Shown here piece by piece: positions 1-5,208 of a stretch of 5,208 nucleotides of DNA (the stretch's first letter is position 1; each line of letters opens with the position of its first letter). The stretch spans positions 1 to 5,208 of the forward strand of contig NW_021830113.1 in the NCBI RefSeq assembly GCF_006345805.1, given 5' to 3'. This DNA is from Octopus sinensis (taxonomy: Eukaryota). The translations under genes and the position numbers were made by a program. The notes below the pieces were generated by a model. The model was given only the letters and a program-made list of their open reading frames with translations, had not been told where the DNA came from and made no database searches.

Positions 1-25
1 TACAAGATTATTCATCTTTCTATTT

Positions 26-31
26 CACATA

Positions 32-62
<31 letters not shown>

Positions 63-109
63 TATATATATATACATATATATATTATATTATTAAATAT
101 ATATATTAA

Positions 110-186
<77 letters not shown>
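26..186. repeat. Interrupted (TA)n microsatellite grading into (TACATA)n
   Basis: Direct: atatatat runs from ~30, then tacata hexamer units at ~143-184. Confidence 0.97.
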
Positions 187-668
187 CTGTATGTGTGTTG
201 TCTGTTGCATTGCCCGTTACACCAATGTGTTATCACAACATGATCCATCATACAACAAATTGGCCTTTTACTCAACGACATACATGCATGTAGTAGTAAA
301 CAAGGTAATGTAAACTGGGAGGCTAAGAGAAACTTATACGCAAATGAATTAACATCAACAGAACCAGAAGCCAAACAGAAGATATTTGATGATAAGCTAT
401 CTGCGTTAAACAATGTTGACAAACAATAGAAAGGGAGACATTGTTCGATTTTAGGGAGTAACTCGAAATGCTTGTGTTCTAGTATAAGGTTACAGCGTGC
501 TGTCTGACGATTGAAACTGGTGTTTGTTTGTTTATTCGATAGATTGGTGTGTAGAGCTAAAAGCCCCATCCTATGGGCTAAAATTCTTTTTTTTTCACCC
601 TAATGTTAGGAACTAGGAGATTAGCAAATGGAATTTAAAACGATTAAAGATGCTACACTTAGCTGCTA

Positions 669-670
<2 letters not shown>

Positions 671-719
<49 letters not shown>

Positions 720-739
720 ATGATGAGGAGGAGGAGGAG
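671..739. repeat. Compound trinucleotide microsatellite (GCT)10(GAT)8(GAG)5
   Basis: Direct count: gct x10 at 671-700, gat x8 at 701-724, gag x5 at 725-739, all in one phase. Confidence 0.97.
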
Positions 740-754
740 GAAGAGGGGGACTTT

Positions 755-993
755 GCATCTTTCACCTGTTTCAGTCATTGGACTGTGGCCATACAAGGAG
801 GGTTTTAGTCGAACAAAACGACCCCTGCGCGTATGTTGTTTTTACTTTTGAAGCCTGGTGCAATCGGACTCTTGCCGAACCACTAGGTTACGTGGACATA
901 AAAAACCAACAAATGTCAAGTGCTGTGATATTGGACATACACAAGCACGCCACGCACACACGCACACCGAACACAAACACACACACACACATA

Positions 994-1072
<79 letters not shown>

Positions 1073-1080
1073 ATATATTA
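755..1080 (-). mobile_element. SINE-like interspersed repeat, copy 1 (3' part plus internal (CA)n(TA)n tract), probable Octopus family
   Basis: 849-934 aligns with the reverse complement of 4740-4838 (aagcctggtgca..atcggactcttgccg..tgtcaagtgctgtgat vs aagtctggtact..atcggcctcttttgccg..tgtcaagcggtggtgat). The - strand 3' end atggccacagtccaatgactgaaacaggtgaaag matches a cephalopod SINE tail I recall. No tRNA head or TSD seen. Confidence 0.75.
943..1079. repeat. (CA)n followed by (TA)n microsatellite, inside SINE copy 1
   Basis: Direct: degenerate then near-pure CA run ~943-1039, TA run ~1039-1079. Confidence 0.97.
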
Positions 1081-1358
1081 TCATACACGCCAGCTCAATT
1101 TGATTCGTTTAGTTATATTAGATACATTATGAAATGAGAGGCCTTAGTACGCAGGAAATATAGATTAGTACCGTTAGGATTAAGTACGGTTATTATATAC
1201 TGTATGAAGTCTTGTACATGGTACTTGATAACGTATTTTGCCTGGACACAACGTTTGTTGTTTGCATCAGCTGTGTTCATATCTTATTACTGGGGCTTAG
1301 CGATGTCTTTGATTGATGCCACGAACTTCCTTTTTCGACTATCTCGCTGTCTCTTTTT

Positions 1359-1400
1359 ACACACACACACAGACACGCACGCACAGATTATATATATGTA
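1359..1400. repeat. Short (CA)n/(TA)n microsatellite
   Basis: Direct: acacacacacacagacacgcacgcacagattatatatatg. Confidence 0.8.
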
Positions 1401-1770
1401 TGAATTTTGTCAATAAATATACTTATTTCTGAGTAAGTTCGGTTATCAGTTACAAATATGTTAGATTTGTCGTTTAACTGATATGTGTGAAATAGTCAAA
1501 ACGAAACAGAACATCTGTACATCTCAAGTTTCCATGGCAAGACACCAGGTATGCCTGTTGATCCGTGGATTATTGTGTCAATTCAAAGATGACAGGATAC
1601 GCTGTTTTAATTGCTTAGTCAAAGGAACAAGATCAACACCTCTGATCTCTTCCAGGGTTTATGAGACAGATGTAAACGAGAAATCCTGATCCAAATACTT
1701 GTATTGGAAAAGGCTCCATTAAAGACACTCAACAGCGACGTTGTAACGTTAAACTGTGCGCTTGGTTTAT

Positions 1771-1980
1771 AATTTAGCCACGAGTTATTCGTGATTGAGT
1801 TGATTAATTATCAAAGACATTTAAGCCATAACAATCCCGTCTTAATTTTCAGGGATACCGTTCCATTCATATTCACATGACTTTAAAAATAAAAAATAAA
1901 AACCGCAGTGTAATTAGAGGGAGATTTGGCTGCTATGTGTAGGACATCAAGCGATCGTATAGAGAGTCTCTTATTGATTC
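1771..1980 (-). repeat. ~200-bp bipartite repeat, unit U1
   Basis: A-block 1771-1850 (tttagccacgag..tgattgag..caaagacatt..atcccgtctt). B-block 1906-1975 (gtgtaattagagggagatttggctgctat..tcaagcgatc..tagag). atcccgtctt is identical at 1834-1843 and 2670-2679. Strand inferred from the AAC-type tail seen in other units. Confidence 0.8.
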
Positions 1981-2035
1981 GATAACAAAATACATGGATC
2001 AACTTCCCGTCAAAGTGTTTGATAATGTTGAATCT

Positions 2036-2186
2036 ATTGTTTGAACCCAAGCCAACCCTAATCGAGCAGACCCCCACGAAAAAGAATTTTGTATCTGCTT
2101 GTTTAAGCCGGTAGGGGTACAATACGATAAAGATTCGGCTGCTATTTCTGACAGGCCAAGTAACCAAATAGAGATTCTAACATTGT
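2036..2186 (-). repeat. Bipartite repeat, unit U2 (internal deletion)
   Basis: A-block tgtttgaacccaagccaaccctaatcgagcaga; atcgagcaga 2061-2070 vs atcgagtaga 2631-2640 is 9/10. B-block ggtagggg..agattcggctgctatttctgacaggccaagtaacca is 14/15 to U1 over agatt(t/c)ggctgctat. Confidence 0.8.
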
Positions 2187-2345
2187 TTCATTTCATCCAC
2201 TCATACTGTTATTGTCCAAAAGTATTCCACGTGTGGTAATCTCGTTTCTTTGAGGCTCATAGAAGAACATTACCCAATGTGTCTTGTTTTACGTAGGTTC
2301 AATCGGTGGAATGACCAAGAGCAATCCACAAATCTAGAGTTTCAG
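2182..2345 (-). repeat. Degenerate bipartite repeat, unit U2b
   Basis: caaaagtattccacgtgtggtaatctcgtttcttt resembles the A-block end. acattacccaatgtgtc 2267-2283 is 14/17 to acattatcgaacgtgtc 3144-3160. B-block is heavily eroded. Confidence 0.55.
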
Positions 2346-2359
2346 ACACAAGTATACTT

Positions 2360-2490
2360 CAGGTTTCCTAAGGACCAGGTTCTCACTCTAGCATACAGCG
2401 GTTTATGGCATGGGATGCATTGATACGGCTGAATCTAGTGGTGGCTTTAGAGACAGATTTGGTAGCATCGCCCATAGCACGATATTTGCA
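2360..2490 (-). repeat. Degenerate bipartite repeat, unit U3
   Basis: tagtggtggctttagagacagatttggtagc (2436-2466) resembles the B-block tagagtgtaatttgagggagatttggctgc. The upstream ccaggtt.. is only weakly A-like. Confidence 0.4.
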
Positions 2491-2603
2491 ATACATTTGC
2501 ATCTATCTCTAGTGATACGGATTTAAAGGTAATGATGGTGCTCCTATTTTAGCGTGTATATGCTTTTTATGTTTTCTTGGCTGTTTTTTGTACTATCATA
2601 GTT

Positions 2604-2818
2604 GCTGTTGTTTAGTCCAGAACGTCCATGATCGAGTAGATTTACAAGCAAACGCATACAACCCATGCATATCCCGTCTTTTATCGAGGTGTTCTGTATC
2701 TAAATTTGCATTATTCAACGTTTCCTAGTCTTTAAGATAGTAGAGCGTAATTTGAGGAAGAGTTGGTTGTTATTTTCAACCAGTTGAGCAACCACGTAGA
2801 AGTTCCTTTATTGCTTCT
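2604..2818 (-). repeat. Bipartite repeat, unit U4
   Basis: gctgttgtttagtccag..tgatcgagtaga..atcccgtctttt, linker gcattattcaacgtttc, then B-block gtagagcgtaatttgagg (17/18 to U5)..gagcaaccacgtagaagttcct. Confidence 0.85.
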
Positions 2819-3041
2819 GAAAACTGAGCTATCTTATGTTATTTATAGTCTGTTGGAGTTTGCAGCAGAGTGTTTGGGGTCAGGTCTAGTGTAAACTATA
2901 ACGGATCTAGTACATCGTTTGAGCAAAGTAAAAGACATTCCTTCATTTGAAGAAATTGACGGTGTTTCGGAAAGCATCTGCGACAACGCTGACAACAACG
3001 TTGGCAATATTTTCGCTGTCATCATCGTCGTCGACATCATC

Positions 3042-3250
3042 GCTGTTGTTTAATCCCGAGTTAGTCCTGATTGAATATGTCTATCACCAAATGTACTCCA
3101 AATGTGACCATCTCTCTTTTTGAAAAAGCAGAAGCACAGGACTACATTATCGAACGTGTCCTTGAGATATGGTAGAGTGTAATTTGAGGGATATTTGTCT
3201 GCTGTTTCTGGCAGATTGTGTAACCAGGCTGAGGCTTCCGCGTTGGCTTA
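3042..3250 (-). repeat. Bipartite repeat, unit U5
   Basis: gctgttgtttaatcccgagttagtcctgattgaa..gtgaccatctctctttt, linker ggactacattatcgaacgtgtcc, then B-block ggtagagtgtaatttgagggatatttgtctgctgtttctggcag..taaccagg..gaggcttcc. Confidence 0.85.
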
Positions 3251-3306
3251 GTGGTGATGATGCTGAGAATTGTTGTTGTTGCTGTTGGTGGTGGTGATGG
3301 TAGTCG
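3250..3306. repeat. Degenerate trinucleotide low-complexity tract (GGT/GAT/GTT)
   Basis: Direct: gtggtgatgatgctgagaattgttgttgttgctgttggtggtggtgatggtagtcg. Confidence 0.8.
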
Positions 3307-3402
3307 TGCTGGCCATAATAAGGATTAACCAGATAATTCGCTGGACTAGAATATAATTCCATCGGTTCCTAATTTTTAAAATTTTCTGTCTGGACTGTAT
3401 TC

Positions 3403-3617
3403 CTGTGTGTATGAGTGTCGGTGAACGCGAGTGTGTGCGTGTTTGAGCGTGTGTATATGTATGTGCATGTGTCTGTGTTTGTATCTCAAAAGATGTGTCA
3501 ATGAGTTTTTATGATTGTTCCTTTCAGTGTGTACGAACGTATGCGTTTGATATTGTGTCTGCACATGCGTGTTTTTGCGAATATTTTCGTTTGTGTATGC
3601 ATACGTGTGCGTGTATA
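3403..3617. repeat. Degenerate (GT)n-rich low-complexity region
   Basis: Direct: many gtgtgt/gtgcgt/gtatgt stretches interrupted by short unique sequence. Confidence 0.75.
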
Positions 3618-3619
3618 CT

Positions 3620-3681
3620 GAGAGAGAGAGAGAAAAGAGAGAGAGGAAGAGAGAGATATATATATATAGAGAGAGATAGAT

Positions 3682-3711
<30 letters not shown>
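3620..3711. repeat. (GA)n with embedded (TA)n
   Basis: Direct: gagagagagagaaaagagagagaggaagagagagatatatatatatagagagagatagatagagagag... Confidence 0.95.
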
Positions 3712-3712
<1 letters not shown>

Positions 3713-3733
3713 TTGCTCTGCGTGAGTGTATGC

Positions 3734-3737
3734 ACAA

Positions 3738-3768
<31 letters not shown>

Positions 3769-3852
3769 CATGCACGTAATCCTCTGTGTGCGTATATATA
3801 TTACACATACACAAACATACACACATACACACACATATACGTATATCTATAC
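3734..3852. repeat. (CA)n/(TA)n mixed microsatellite
   Basis: Direct read of the sequence. Confidence 0.9.
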
Positions 3853-3858
3853 ACAGAG

Positions 3859-3896
<38 letters not shown>

Positions 3897-3905
3897 AAGA
3901 GACAT
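3853..3905. repeat. (GA)n microsatellite
   Basis: Direct read of the sequence. Confidence 0.95.
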
Positions 3906-3963
3906 ATAGATATTTCTGTACATATGTATCCCTATTCGGATGCATATGTAAATGAAAGTTAGT

Positions 3964-3990
3964 GCACACACACACACACACAACACACAC

Positions 3991-4034
<44 letters not shown>
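3964..4034. repeat. Compound (CA)n(CT)n(CA)n microsatellite
   Basis: Direct read of the sequence. Confidence 0.95.
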
Positions 4035-4134
4035 GCTCGTTTGTATGCCTGTATGTGTGAACCTGAATGCATTGAGCGTGTATATTTATTTTACACAAAC
4101 ACAAGTGTTTCTTACAAAGATAACTTTCCTACAA

Positions 4135-4135
<1 letters not shown>

Positions 4136-4191
<56 letters not shown>
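4136..4191. repeat. Perfect (CA)n microsatellite, ~27 units
   Basis: Direct read of the sequence. Confidence 0.98.
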
Positions 4192-4193
<2 letters not shown>

Positions 4194-4479
4194 ATAAATG
4201 GACGGACTAAACAAATATCAGAACAGATTACAAACTACTACGACTTCATTTCAAATCGGCTGCAGTAATTTTGTGATCCATCTTTGCAATAAATCTACTT
4301 CAGCTGGTCCCAGGATAACTTAACCTTCGATTATAAGTATCAGATCTCCTGTGATGATAACCTACGATACGTTACCATTCCATCAAAAAGATTTTCATCA
4401 AAATTTTTAGGGTTATGAAATCTGAGGTAAACAGTGCTCCTTATAGGTTTTCCATGTATATTTACCCTCCAGTCACCTA

Positions 4480-4606
4480 TATACATACATACACACATAC
4501 ATACATACATGCATGCATGCATGCATGCATACATACATACATACATACATACATACATACATACATACATACAAACATGCATGCATGCATACATACATAC
4601 ATACAT
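4480..4606. repeat. Compound tetranucleotide repeat (TACA)n with two (TGCA)n blocks
   Basis: Direct: TGCA blocks at ~4510-4530 and ~4578-4590 within TACA runs. Confidence 0.97.
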
Positions 4607-4843
4607 GGAAACTCGTGCTATATATACATATATAAAGAAGACCGTGGTATATATATATATGTGTGTGTGTGTGTGTTTGTGTGTGTGTGTGGGTGTGGGT
4701 GCGTGTGTGTGTGTGTGTGAGTGTGTGTTTCTGTCTCTGTCCCACCATCACCACCGCTTGACAGCAGGTGTTGATGCGTTTGCATCCCATAAGTTAGCAG
4801 CACGGCAAAAGAGGCCGATAAAATAAGTACCAGACTTGAAAAA

Positions 4844-4861
<18 letters not shown>
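4605..4861 (+). mobile_element. SINE-like repeat, copy 2 (same family as 755-1080), truncated at an internal A-tract
   Basis: 4740-4838 is the inverted homolog of 849-934 and is preceded by (TA)n(TG)n, mirroring copy 1. atggaaact..aagaagaccgtggtata resembles the pre-microsatellite segment of an Octopus SINE as I recall it; the left boundary relies on that recollection. Confidence 0.7.
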
Positions 4862-4888
<27 letters not shown>

Positions 4889-4931
4889 CTATTTATATAA
4901 TATATCTATATATATATATATATATATATAT
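4839..4931. repeat. A23 run followed by (TA)n
   Basis: Direct: A-run 4839-4861, then interrupted TA repeats to 4931. Confidence 0.97.
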
Positions 4932-5208
4932 GGTGTGCCCACTCCGTCGGTACGACGACGAGGGTTCCAGTTGATCCGATCAACAGAATAGCCTGCTCGT
5001 GAAATCAACGTACAAGTGGCTGAGCACTCCACAGACACGTGTACCCTTAACGTAGTTCTTGGGGAGATTCAGCGTGACACAGAGGGTGACAAAGCTGGCC
5101 CTTTGCAATAGGAAGAAAATGTAACCACGGTTGCTTCAGATAAGACCTGAGAACTCTACCCCCATTGCTTCCAAAGAATCGTGGGCGAAGAAAACGGATG
5201 GACGGAAG
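4932..5208 (+). mobile_element. Interspersed repeat body (SINE or non-autonomous retroposon-like, probable Octopus family), continues beyond the window
   Basis: Abrupt GC/CpG rise after (TA)n and several local hairpins. The stretch gttccagttgatccgatcaac..gtggctgagcactccacagacacgtgtacccttaacgtagttc matches an abundant octopus repeat I recall. It has no second copy in the window, so identity and strand rest on recollection. Confidence 0.6.

Noticed and set aside
244-429. Stop-free plus frame (..NWEAKRNLYANELTSTEPEAKQKIFDDKLSALNNVDKQ*)
   Set aside because: It looks protein-like but has no ATG and no convincing acceptor. A ~60-codon open stretch is expected by chance over six frames. tblastn would settle it.
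93-569. 158-aa minus-strand ORF
   Set aside because: The C-terminal part is a TA repeat and the rest shows no recognisable domain or splice context.
562-597. Hairpin plus T-tract resembling a rho-independent terminator
   Set aside because: Eukaryotic context, short bulged stem, and no upstream gene.
669-1137. ORFs encoding poly-L/M/R, HT, CV and YI runs
   Set aside because: They are translations of tri- and dinucleotide repeats and SINE sequence.
1883-2167. 94-aa ORF as a possible Penelope/LINE reverse transcriptase fragment
   Set aside because: No RT or endonuclease motifs, and it reads through non-coding repeat units U1 and U2.
2843-3054. Acidic or protein-like frames on both strands
   Set aside because: They are driven by a degenerate CAT/CGT/AAC triplet tract, are short, and contain stops in the other frames.
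1771-3250. CRISPR-like repeat-spacer array
   Set aside because: Repeats are ~200 bp and strongly diverged, gaps are irregular, there are no cas genes, and the context is eukaryotic.
4193-4264. Possible 72-nt cassette exon (cag|GATAAATG...CTGCA|gtaatt)
   Set aside because: The acceptor is preceded by a pure CA repeat with no polypyrimidine tract or branch point, and the peptide is unrecognised.
3376-4826. Many overlapping ORFs (CV, HT, SL, RE, MYVC repeats)
   Set aside because: Microsatellites lack stop codons in most frames; there is no protein family signal.
5043-5100. Twister-ribozyme-like accctTAA...GAGggt and ggtgacaaagc
   Set aside because: P2 is mismatched, and the L4-like motif lies outside the P1-closed region, so the topology does not fit.

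Overview
Eukaryotic, AT-rich, microsatellite-dense DNA with no supportable protein-coding gene, most likely intronic or intergenic. The repeats match my recollection of Octopus (coleoid cephalopod) interspersed repeats; this is recognition from memory, not a search. Most ORFs in the track are di-, tri- or tetranucleotide-repeat artefacts. Three non-microsatellite elements stand out. (1) Two copies of one SINE-like family lie in inverted orientation at about 755-1080 (-) and 4605-4861 (+), each with an internal (TA)n/(TG)n tract. (2) The apparently unique stretch 1770-3250 is a same-orientation cluster of at least 4 clear and 2 degenerate copies of a ~200-bp bipartite unit. On the - strand this unit ends in a short AAC-type tail and begins with a block whose pairing order partly resembles an HDV-like ribozyme (speculative, incomplete). 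(3) A hairpin-rich repeat body at 4932-5208 runs off the window edge.
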